Shown here in pieces: positions 56,214 to 64,000 of a DNA stretch of 64,000 nt. The position numbers were made by a program, and so were the translations under genes. Position 1 is the stretch's first letter. The number at the start of each line of letters is the position of its first letter. The DNA comes from a virus. The notes beneath the pieces are model-generated. The model saw nothing but the letters and a program-made list of their open reading frames with translations, did not search any database and had not been told where the DNA came from. The DNA lies in the IMG/VR virus record IMGVR_UViG_3300010376_000035, positions 2,543 through 66,542 of that record; one strand, written 5' to 3'.

Positions 56214-56717
56214 CTACATTTGCCTTTCCACAAGTTTTTGGGATTCTCGTGAGGCTGAGAGTCGTTTTCTGAGCAACGGCCCGTCCTGAACGAAATCCAG
56301 CCGGTTCACGCAGAAGACAATGAGATCGTCGCTGAAAGAATCGAAATAAATCTCCTTGACGCCGGTTGCAAAGAGGATCCCCTCCAGCCACTTCAGACCC
56401 ACAATCAGGCCCAGAGCAACGCGCCCGCGGAGCCGCCTGCGCTCCTGCGCATTGGCCGGCCTGGGCGGAAACTGAATGTGCATCTCCATCGAGCGGGGAG
56501 AGATCAGGACGCCTTTCCAGAAAAACACCGGCCCGTCTTTGTCGTAGAGGATGTAGCTGTCGCAATGCTGGCCCTGCTCGATCCAGAACGAAGGCTGCAC
56601 CGTGTTGTGCCAGGGATCCGCCTCGGTCCACTGTTTAGCCAGAAGCGCATCGGTGGCGATGGCGCCCGCCGGCCGCAGGGTGAACTCCGAAAATCGGAAT
56701 GTGCCTCTGGCGCTCAT
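56214..56717 (-). CDS. Mirror: hypothetical virion-module protein (167 aa)
   Basis: Identical to 7176..7679. Confidence 0.55.
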   Translation of the reverse strand: MSARGTFRFSEFTLRPAGAIATDALLAKQWTEADPWHNTVQPSFWIEQGQHCDSYILYDKDGPVFFWKGVLISPRSMEMHIQFPPRPANAQERRRLRGRVALGLIVGLKWLEGILFATGVKEIYFDSFSDDLIVFCVNRLDFVQDGPLLRKRLSASRESQKLVERQM

Positions 56718-56953
56718 ATTGCAACCCTCCCCGTGGGAATGGTGCTGCGCCCATAAAACTGGCGCAGCGCCGCATCGGGCGTGGAGAAGATCGAAGGCAG
56801 GGAACTGATCATTCTCGGATGGCGCCCGATATAGGGCGGATGCGGCGTGGGCATAGCCGGGGCGCTTGGCGGGCTGGCCGGCGTCACCACCCCGCCCCCC
56901 GCGCGCACATGAGTAGCCGATATGTCAGTGGATCGACTTTCCAGGCTCGGCAT
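56714..56953 (-). CDS. Mirror: hypothetical protein (79 aa)
   Basis: Identical to 6940..7179. Confidence 0.55.
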   Translation of the reverse strand: MPSLESRSTDISATHVRAGGGVVTPASPPSAPAMPTPHPPYIGRHPRMISSLPSIFSTPDAALRQFYGRSTIPTGRVAI

Positions 56954-57254
56954 TTTGCTCCTCCTCCGAAAGACTCTTTCGCAAGGCTTCGCCCACATCG
57001 GGCGCCCGCGGTTCAATGCGCTCAATGCGGCATTCCAGCTTTGCCTGGCAGATCGCGCAGCGGCCGATAGGCGAACCAGGCCCCGGCGGAAATTTGTAGA
57101 GCGATGATGTGCCGCTGATCAGCGCCTGCAAGGCTTCGATCATGGCTAAATTGTCGGTCGGCTTGAAGTACAGTATTTTTCCGTGGTTCTCGTCGGCCGT
57201 GCATTGCACTCGCAGCCGTATTTCATCGCTGGATCGTTTTTGTCCCCGTGGCAT
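56925..57254 (-). CDS. Mirror: hypothetical protein (109 aa)
   Basis: Identical to 6639..6968. Confidence 0.6.
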   Translation of the reverse strand: MPRGQKRSSDEIRLRVQCTADENHGKILYFKPTDNLAMIEALQALISGTSSLYKFPPGPGSPIGRCAICQAKLECRIERIEPRAPDVGEALRKSLSEEEQNAEPGKSIH

Positions 57255-60200
57255 TACTGTTGTCTCCGTTCTTTGAAGTGAGCCCCGAAAATTCCGAACT
57301 TGAGCAGCTCGTCGGCCACCAGCTGGCTGCCATAGTCGATTTTCAGTTGAAAGTGTTCACACTTGGGCGTCTCGGCCGTCGATGACGCCCGGTAACGATC
57401 GCTGTAGGTGGTGATCGAAGGTTCCAGATTGGGAGGATCCTCGTGGTGCCCGTCATCGAGCGAGAGGGTATCCCACGCGGTAGTGCGTCCTTCGACCGTG
57501 ACGCCGGCCGCGATTTCATCGAGCAGCAGGCTTACAATTGGCCGTGCGCCTACCGCCATACTCTTGATTGCGACATGGACGATTTCGGCCACTTCGCCGG
57601 TTTCGCACAATCCGATGGATCCCTTGACATCCCAGGATGGATAGCCGGCATAGGCGCCGGCCGTCCAGTCGCCGCTCACCGCATCGTCGCGCATGAGAAT
57701 CGGCCCGCTCGTTTGCGGCCCCATCAGCAGCTGGAACGTGCCCGGCGAAACTTCCACCGATTGCACCGCGCTGGTGCCGCCCACGATCGCGGCGCGCGGG
57801 CTCCACAGGGAGCCCGACTCGGGCGGCGCAATCGGGCTCCAGCGGAACCATCCCACCGTACCATCGGCCACATAGAGGCCCGTATCGGGCGAGTTCTGCT
57901 CGTGCCAGGTGACATAGGAATTCGCCGGATTATAAAGCGCCGCAGTCGTCCCGCCCGTGGTGACGAGCTTGAACTGGTCCCCGATCGAAAAGCCGATTTC
58001 AATCTCCCCGTTGCCGGGATCGAAACTAAAAACTTTAGATCGGTTGGAGAATCCGTAGACGGTCGAGCCCCGCATGCAAAAACAGTCATAGGAGAGGATG
58101 CCCACGCCCTCCATGAACATCTTGGGCGGCAGGAATGGATTGTTCGAGGTTCCCTCGCCCAGAATCACGTAAGTGTTCGCCACGCAGGCCACGATCAGCC
58201 CGCCGTTCTGCATGGTGACGGATTTCAGCCGGGTCGGCTGCTCGGGCAATTGGAAATAATTCAGCGGCGGGAAAGAAGTGTTGCCGTTGCCTACAACCGT
58301 ATCCGGTCCTCCGCTGTAGATCACATCGGATCCGTCGATCATAAAAATCCGGCCGCAGTGGTACTCGGGCGCCACGGCCGTCGAGGGTGGGGGCGTGGCC
58401 AGCGATGAAGTGTTGGCCGAACCGGGCGCGGCCATCGCGGTATTAAGAGCGCTGTCGGGCGTGGTGTCGGTATAGATCCACGTTTGCCCGGTGCCGGGAT
58501 TGGGAAACTGATCGACGTAGTAAAGCGTCGAGCCGCCGGCCGCGGTGCGCCACAGGACGATGGAATCGTAGGGCGGATTGGGCATCCCCGACCCCTGAAT
58601 CACCGGGTGCATGTTGGGCGCGAGAACTACCGGCTGCGAGAGCGGAGAAGGATTGGTGATCTCCCCGGTGATCGAGTTCAGGCCGGAATAGGCCCAGTAC
58701 CATGCGGTCGTGTTTCCCGCCGAATAGGGACCGTTGTTCAGCCAGGTGGCCGTGTTGTCGCCCGTGAGCCCGCCTTTATTCGTATTCCAGACAATCGCAG
58801 ACGCGCTGGATTTGCCGATTTTCTGAATGGCTTCAAGGTTTCCGCTTGAATCCAGAATGGTCGTATCCAGCGAAAGCAGCTGGTTCGATCCCGGCCAGCC
58901 CGGCGGGCTATCTCCTTGGTTCACCCACGTTACCGGCGATCCGGTCGGTTCCTTCGTGATCGTCCCCAAACCGTTGGTCCAGTTCGGCGTTATGTTGCTG
59001 CTGACTCCTCCCGCAGTGCATTTGAAAAGCGATGTGACCAGCGGACTGGGGCCGCTGGGCGTGGCATAGTTGTAGCTCACCACAACGAAGTCGCCCACGG
59101 CATGAGTCGCGCCCCCGACCCAGTTTCCCGATCCCATGCATTTCCATTGCGCATTTGAGCCGGTGCCTGTCGTCTCGGTGGTGATGCCCCCTGGAGTGGT
59201 ACTCCACGATGGAGCGCTGGAGCCTGTTTGTATCGGTGCGGACGGGCCGATGAGCAGCTGCAACTGCCCCGCGCCGTAAATCACGAAAGATGGCGCATAC
59301 CACGTATTGGGCGCCCAGTTGTTAAAAAGCGCAGCGGCGGCTGTCTGAACCACGGTGGGCGCAGTCGTCGGCCCGGCCCCGCCCATGCTCTGCACCGCGC
59401 CGCCGCGGCATTCCCACTGTTGTCCCCCGTCCACAGTGATTGCGCCGATCCCCGTCTGCCATGTCGGTGGAGAATTGCTGTTGACTCCGCTCCCGGTGGT
59501 GACGGTCCCCGTCTCGGAACTAAGAGCCAGATTGGCATGAGTGAAGGCGAAGAAAAATTGCAGGCTGCCGCCAATGGCGGGGATGGTCTGGGTTGTGCCA
59601 TTGAGCGCCGGCAGAGTGGTAAGCCCGCTGAAGGTGAGCTGAACACCGGGCGCGATCTGGATGCCCGCGCCGGGTGCGAGAAATACCGTGCAGACGTTAC
59701 TCTGCACCGTGATGGAAGCGATGGTCCCGGTCTGCGAACCGATGGACATCTGGATGTTCCCGTTGGGATCGATAATGTAATCGCCTGGCGTCCACTGTTT
59801 GTTCGCGGTCCAGCCCTCCGCGCTCGTCACCATCTGATGCGTCTGGACTCCATCGCCGGCATAGAGAACGTTCCCCACGCCCAGAAATGTGGTCTTGCCG
59901 GCCGCAGGATCCTTCGTCCAGAGAATCTGATTGGTGTTCGGCCCGGTGACATCGCGCACCGTGCCGGCGCCGGGCGCGGGACTGCCCGTGAATCCCCAGG
60001 CGAACCAACGCCCTGTGCTTGAGGTCGAACTTTCAACGATAAAATCGACGGTTGCGTATGCAGCGTTCGTAAAAAAACTCGCGGCGGCGCTGATACCAAC
60101 CTGTGTCCAGGCGTAGTTATTCGGTACGGCAGAACTTTGATTGCTGCCCAGATAAGTATTGCTTGCATCGTAAAAATTGATGCGCAACACTGCCGTGCCG

Positions 60201-60766
60201 CTTGCCCCATGTTCCCCCAGCCCCCAGCAACTGGCGGCAATCACCGTTCCGGTGGTGCAGGGGATATGCTGAAGATTTACAACTGCGCCCGAACCCGGAC
60301 CCACAAACATCGCACAATACCCCACCCCAGGTGGTACAGGCAGGCCAGCATAGGTATAAGACCATCCAGGCTCATAGTTCCACCCGCCGGAACCGTTGGC
60401 GAAGTTCGGATTTTGCAGCTGATTGGCGAAGCCTTGGCAGTCGGCAATGACGCGAATATTCTCCCCATTCGCGCCGAATTGGCGGAATGGATAAAAACGG
60501 TTGATGGGCGGAAGGACCTGGCTGTTGTAGACGCTCGAGCCTGGCCGGCGTATATCGGTGAGCCGCGCGCTGATCTCGCGGTTGATCCCGTCGATCATCG
60601 AATCAAAGCGCGAGGCGGAATAAAACTTTCTATAGAGATAAGGAACATCCGCATCGCGCAGCGGGCTGCGCTGGGTCCACATGCCCGTGAACTGCTCGTC
60701 CATCGCCAGGGCCACGTACTCGCTCGGTTCTACGGTCGCGCCGGCTTGGGCTAACGGACTCGGCAT
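57254..60766 (-). CDS. Mirror: nozzle-like tail protein (1170 aa)
   Basis: Identical to 3127..6639. Confidence 0.6.
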   Translation of the reverse strand: MPSPLAQAGATVEPSEYVALAMDEQFTGMWTQRSPLRDADVPYLYRKFYSASRFDSMIDGINREISARLTDIRRPGSSVYNSQVLPPINRFYPFRQFGANGENIRVIADCQGFANQLQNPNFANGSGGWNYEPGWSYTYAGLPVPPGVGYCAMFVGPGSGAVVNLQHIPCTTGTVIAASCWGLGEHGASGTAVLRINFYDASNTYLGSNQSSAVPNNYAWTQVGISAAASFFTNAAYATVDFIVESSTSSTGRWFAWGFTGSPAPGAGTVRDVTGPNTNQILWTKDPAAGKTTFLGVGNVLYAGDGVQTHQMVTSAEGWTANKQWTPGDYIIDPNGNIQMSIGSQTGTIASITVQSNVCTVFLAPGAGIQIAPGVQLTFSGLTTLPALNGTTQTIPAIGGSLQFFFAFTHANLALSSETGTVTTGSGVNSNSPPTWQTGIGAITVDGGQQWECRGGAVQSMGGAGPTTAPTVVQTAAAALFNNWAPNTWYAPSFVIYGAGQLQLLIGPSAPIQTGSSAPSWSTTPGGITTETTGTGSNAQWKCMGSGNWVGGATHAVGDFVVVSYNYATPSGPSPLVTSLFKCTAGGVSSNITPNWTNGLGTITKEPTGSPVTWVNQGDSPPGWPGSNQLLSLDTTILDSSGNLEAIQKIGKSSASAIVWNTNKGGLTGDNTATWLNNGPYSAGNTTAWYWAYSGLNSITGEITNPSPLSQPVVLAPNMHPVIQGSGMPNPPYDSIVLWRTAAGGSTLYYVDQFPNPGTGQTWIYTDTTPDSALNTAMAAPGSANTSSLATPPPSTAVAPEYHCGRIFMIDGSDVIYSGGPDTVVGNGNTSFPPLNYFQLPEQPTRLKSVTMQNGGLIVACVANTYVILGEGTSNNPFLPPKMFMEGVGILSYDCFCMRGSTVYGFSNRSKVFSFDPGNGEIEIGFSIGDQFKLVTTGGTTAALYNPANSYVTWHEQNSPDTGLYVADGTVGWFRWSPIAPPESGSLWSPRAAIVGGTSAVQSVEVSPGTFQLLMGPQTSGPILMRDDAVSGDWTAGAYAGYPSWDVKGSIGLCETGEVAEIVHVAIKSMAVGARPIVSLLLDEIAAGVTVEGRTTAWDTLSLDDGHHEDPPNLEPSITTYSDRYRASSTAETPKCEHFQLKIDYGSQLVADELLKFGIFGAHFKERRQQ

Positions 60767-60795
60767 GGTTCTCCTAGCGTGACATCACCTTAACA

Positions 60796-61503
60796 TCATT
60801 GCATGCGCCCGCTTGCGGCCCCTTGCGTTATGGACTGGGCGCGCTGCGCGGTGCGGATAAACTCGTTCCACTGGCCCATGAAAATGATTTTTGCCTGTTC
60901 GCTCAATCCATCCTGGCGGGACAATAAGTGCGCCACGAACTGTCTTTCAAAGATGGGAAAGCGCGCATCGTTGACCAGCAGCGAAGCCCAGGTAAGCATG
61001 CCCTCGAAAAACAGGTCCGCGTTCTCATCCGAGATGGTGCCCAGCGGCTGCGCGGCGCCGGTCACAAGCGGCGCCTTCTGTTGATAGTCCAGATATGCGC
61101 TGTAGGCCTGGTCGGGGACGGAATCGAACCGAAACGTGATGTTGCCGGCATTGTCGTCGTACTGCGGGCAAATCTTGGTAGGCAGTTTCGAGGTGCCGAT
61201 CTTCGGCAGCGTGATCTCGCCGCCCAGCTGATGGATCTTCCCGTTGCCGTCTACCAGCCATTGCGTATCCAGGCGCCCGAACGTAGGCACGTTCACCTGA
61301 TAGTCGGTGCCGCCCGCAGTCGAGATGCTGATTACGGTGGTGGTGCGGTTCGCGCGCCACGAGAACGGCGGCCCCAATACCACGTTCAAAACGATCTGCG
61401 CCGCCCCCAGCGCAGGCTGCTGGTTGTTCACGTAGAGCGACTGCTGCTTGATATAAGCGCGCGTGAACGTGATGCCATCCTGCACTGTAAAACTCATCGC
61501 CAT
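60796..61503 (-). CDS. Mirror: adaptor-like paralog 2
   Basis: Identical to 2390..3097. Confidence 0.5.
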   Translation of the reverse strand: MAMSFTVQDGITFTRAYIKQQSLYVNNQQPALGAAQIVLNVVLGPPFSWRANRTTTVISISTAGGTDYQVNVPTFGRLDTQWLVDGNGKIHQLGGEITLPKIGTSKLPTKICPQYDDNAGNITFRFDSVPDQAYSAYLDYQQKAPLVTGAAQPLGTISDENADLFFEGMLTWASLLVNDARFPIFERQFVAHLLSRQDGLSEQAKIIFMGQWNEFIRTAQRAQSITQGAASGRMQ

Positions 61504-61506
61504 GGC

Positions 61507-62499
61507 TTACACCGGCATGTCCGCGGTATGCGGACCCTTCCATCCCCAGCGGCTTTCGACCACGCTCGTTTCGGGGATCAGGCGATAAGCATTGGGTTCC
61601 TTGCCGCCCTGCTGAATCATGGTGCCCATGGCTTTCAGCCAGAGCGGGTAGTTCTCCAGCCCTTCCTTTTTGACCGCGGGGTTGGTCGACGCCATCTTGC
61701 AGGCCCACTCCAGGCCGGTCTGAAAATGGCGCGCGAAACTGTCGGGGATCGGCGTCAAAAGCTGCTGGAAGGTGGTGAAGATCGGCGGGGTCAGCTGATA
61801 GCTGGCCGTGAGCTGAAAAGTGGGGCCCGCGCCGTTGGGCAAAAAATCGACGCGGAATCCCTGGCTCGTCCCGCTGACCACAGACCACACGCACGAGCCA
61901 TCCGGCACGGTGGTCCCTTCAGGTGCCGCCGCGGCCGCGGCCGGCGCAGTCAGGCCTGTGCGTCCAAAAGTCGAGAGGATCAGGTAATTGCCATTGGAAT
62001 CTATAAAGTTTAGTAAGGGATTCTGCCCGGCCGGCGCGGTCGGCCCCAGGAGAGGGTAGATCGTGACAAGCGCGCCCGGCCAGGTGCCCCAGCTCATTTC
62101 CGCGTTGTACATCCAGCAAATGCGCGTCGGCCGCCAGCGGGCAATCGATGTGCGCGTGAGCTGGCGAACCCAGGTGATGCTGCCGTCCCAATTGAGCGGC
62201 TTGGGAATGGTGGTGTTGTTGACATCGAGGATGTCGCAATCCTCGCCCCATTCGATCAGGCCGCCGGCCTGCGCCGGCTGCGGATAGTCCTGCTGCCAGC
62301 TGTTGGTGTAAACCGGCCACGCAACCGCGCGGTTGAATTTCCAGTTGAAGCGCTCGGTGATCAGGTCCGCCATGACGCGCGTGGCCAGGTCCAGCGCCAG
62401 GTCGTCGCCGTAGCCGCCGCCCTGCGCCCGCGGGTCTGGAATTCCCTGCGCGGCAATCACGTTATAGACAGCCTGGAGCGTCTTGGTACTGACCGCCAT
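61507..62499 (-). CDS. Mirror: adaptor-like paralog 1
   Basis: Identical to 1394..2386. Confidence 0.5.
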   Translation of the reverse strand: MAVSTKTLQAVYNVIAAQGIPDPRAQGGGYGDDLALDLATRVMADLITERFNWKFNRAVAWPVYTNSWQQDYPQPAQAGGLIEWGEDCDILDVNNTTIPKPLNWDGSITWVRQLTRTSIARWRPTRICWMYNAEMSWGTWPGALVTIYPLLGPTAPAGQNPLLNFIDSNGNYLILSTFGRTGLTAPAAAAAAPEGTTVPDGSCVWSVVSGTSQGFRVDFLPNGAGPTFQLTASYQLTPPIFTTFQQLLTPIPDSFARHFQTGLEWACKMASTNPAVKKEGLENYPLWLKAMGTMIQQGGKEPNAYRLIPETSVVESRWGWKGPHTADMPV

Positions 62500-62502
62500 G
62501 CG

Positions 62503-62640
62503 CTACCCCTTCTTGTTCTTCGCTTTGCCGGCCTTGCTCATGGCGATCGCTATCGCCTGCTTTCTGGGCTTGCCTGCGGCCATCTCCGTCTTGATGTTCT
62601 GCGAGACTGCTCCTTTGCTCTTTCCTTTTACGAGCGGCAT
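62503..62640 (-). CDS. Mirror: small basic phage protein (45 aa)
   Basis: Identical to 1253..1390. Confidence 0.7.
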   Translation of the reverse strand: MPLVKGKSKGAVSQNIKTEMAAGKPRKQAIAIAMSKAGKAKNKKG

Positions 62641-62787
62641 CTCTGCTACACTCCTTTCCATTCGGTGGGGATCAACCTTGGTCGGCTGCCCCCACAACAA
62701 CGAAGCCCGGCATGGGGGGGACAATTCCCAGCCGGGCCTCGCTGGCCGCCAGCACTGGAAGGTTCCAGCGAGGGCCGCTTGTTTCGG

Positions 62788-63390
62788 CTAGATCCCCAGC
62801 CGAATTCCTTTGCGATTGTCCAGGCCCTGCGCGTAGGAATCGCACGGTGCCGGCATCTGCACCTGATTCCCGTCCCCGTCCAGAAAGCGAAACGTCTTGC
62901 CGCAATGCATGGGCTGCGCGGCTTCCTCGGTCAGCTTGTCGCGCGCCTCCGCAGACAGCGCCTCAAACTCGGCAACCTCCTGCTGGTATCTGGCCACGCG
63001 CGCCTCGGCCGCCTCCTTGCTCTCGCCGCGGCGCTGCCGGCGGGCGCCATTGCCGGGAAAAGGCGAAAAGACGCGCATGGGACAGATCGAACACATGATC
63101 AATACCCGCTCGTCGGGAAGAATCACGGTGGTCAGTGCGCTCGGACCCTTGCCGCCGGTGGGATTGCCGAAACTCCCGCCCTGGCGATGGGTGCAGCCTT
63201 TGGCCTGGCTGGCGCGCTCGTTGATGTCCATCTTCAGTTGCTTCTGGCGTTGCGCGTTGCGCCGCGACAGTTCTTCTTTCTGGTTCTTCCAGGCCTCCAC
63301 GGATTCGCGCGTCTGCTCGAGCTGCATCTCGGCCTGCTCGAGTTGCACCTGGGCAAGTTTGGCTTGTACTTCTTCCAGCTTGGGCATCAT
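62788..63390 (-). CDS. Mirror: coiled-coil hypothetical protein (200 aa)
   Basis: Identical to 503..1105. Confidence 0.7.
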   Translation of the reverse strand: MMPKLEEVQAKLAQVQLEQAEMQLEQTRESVEAWKNQKEELSRRNAQRQKQLKMDINERASQAKGCTHRQGGSFGNPTGGKGPSALTTVILPDERVLIMCSICPMRVFSPFPGNGARRQRRGESKEAAEARVARYQQEVAEFEALSAEARDKLTEEAAQPMHCGKTFRFLDGDGNQVQMPAPCDSYAQGLDNRKGIRLGI

Positions 63391-63420
63391 CCCCTCGCAA
63401 ACTAAGTTTTTTTAGTTTGG

Positions 63421-63464
63421 AAAAAATGGAAGGGGGAATAATAATCGGCGGAAAACCCCCTTCC
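63421..63464 (-). terminator. Mirror: terminator after capsid gene
   Basis: Mirror of 429..472. Confidence 0.6.
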
Positions 63465-63471
63465 CAAAGAA

Positions 63472-63999
63472 TCAGGTGGTCTGCGGAACCGCGACCGCGA
63501 TACGCGCGCGGCTCACGCCGGCCGGATCGGGCGGAAGGCCCACGCCCAGAATGGCGTTGTACCCGGTCCCGGCCATGATGAGTCCGTTGGGGTCGTATGC
63601 CGTTTTGGCAACGTACTCGCCGGCCCAGAGGTTGATGTTGTGCCACTCCGGATCGAGCTTTGTATGTCTCTTGTTGGGGAAGTTGATGAACACGATCGCA
63701 TCCGCGCCCGCCAGGTACGTGGATACGCCCGTGAGCGCCGACCCCTGCCAGTTCGCATAGGTGGTCTGGTTGGTGGACTGGCGCCAGCGCGCACCCAACA
63801 GCTCGAGGATCCGCACCGGCTGCTGGCCCTCGGCCGTGTCGGTCAGAGCTTCCAGTCTCACCTGGCCGGCATCGGTTCTCTTCCAGATGTCCACTACTGA
63901 GTTGTTGGTCTGGTCAAGTGCTAAATCGCCAACAAAAAATGGATGTATAGAGCCGTTGTAGGCTCCCGATTTCATCGGCAGAACGGTCGCGCCCAGCAA
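63472..63999 (-). CDS. Mirror: major capsid protein C-terminal part (partial, 108 nt longer than the left copy)
   Basis: Mirror of 2..421 plus LGATVLPMKSGAYNGSIHPFFVGDLALDQTNNSVV. Confidence 0.7.
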   Translation of the reverse strand: MLGATVLPMKSGAYNGSIHPFFVGDLALDQTNNSVVDIWKRTDAGQVRLEALTDTAEGQQPVRILELLGARWRQSTNQTTYANWQGSALTGVSTYLAGADAIVFINFPNKRHTKLDPEWHNINLWAGEYVAKTAYDPNGLIMAGTGYNAILGVGLPPDPAGVSRARIAVAVPQTT

Positions 64000-64000
64000 G

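Larger units (their letters stand above)
1..63892. repeat. Perfect giant inverted repeat (two 31,946-bp arms, no spacer; mirror rule i <-> 63893-i)
   Basis: All ORFs pair up with identical length and translation (3127..6639+ / 57254..60766-; 15280..18918+ / 44975..48613-; 30516..31586- / 32307..33377+). Bases 1-12 GGACATCTGGAA are the reverse complement of 63881-63892. The centre reads GCTAAATTAAA|TTTAATTTAGC. Confidence 0.99.
31947..64000. mobile_element. Mirror copy of the same phage-plasmid arm (reverse complement; extends 108 bp further into the capsid gene)
   Basis: Reverse complement of 1..31946. Confidence 0.9.

Noticed and set aside
31947-63892. Second copy of every gene as a true duplication or paralog set
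   Set aside because: The copies are identical and exactly mirrored, so they are the complementary strand of the same arm, not independent genes.
1-64000. tRNA, rRNA, integrase or att sites
   Set aside because: No cloverleaf, rRNA-like or recombinase motifs recognised by eye; a tRNAscan or Infernal run would be needed to exclude small RNAs.

Overview
The window is one perfect giant palindrome. Position i pairs with 63893-i, the axis lies between 31946 and 31947 (...CTGCTAAATTAAA|TTTAATTTAGCAG..., no spacer), and every ORF on the left arm recurs with identical length and translation on the opposite strand of the right arm. It therefore holds only about 32 kb of unique sequence, read out and back. 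That sequence is part of a GC-rich tailed-phage genome. Moving toward the axis it contains: (1) a podovirus-like morphogenesis module (major capsid C-terminus, two paralogous adaptor-like proteins, a 1170-aa nozzle-like protein, ejection-like proteins, a SleB-like lysin, a signal-peptide-bearing tailspike-like protein) plus a PEP-CTERM surface protein; (2) an XRE regulator, an SMC-like ATPase and small ORFs; (3) an oppositely transcribed block with a type Ib ParA + ribbon-helix-helix partition cassette and centromere-like repeats, a second RHH protein, an HNH endonuclease, a clamp-loader-like AAA+ ATPase and a MoxR-like AAA + partner pair; (4) a roughly 360-bp repeat-rich non-coding end with an AT-rich tip. 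The best reading is one end of a linear phage-plasmid with a covalently closed hairpin telomere (N15-like layout), possibly infecting Acidobacteriota. A fold-back sequencing or amplification artefact cannot be excluded from sequence alone. No protelomerase, integrase, terminase, portal, Rep, tRNA, rRNA or CRISPR array was recognised. Additional signals: a strongly enriched, mostly mRNA-sense AACTAAAA octamer; a shared palindromic operator in two early promoters; and a sigma70-like promoter aimed at the hairpin tip. All product calls come from motif recognition by eye; no database searches were run.
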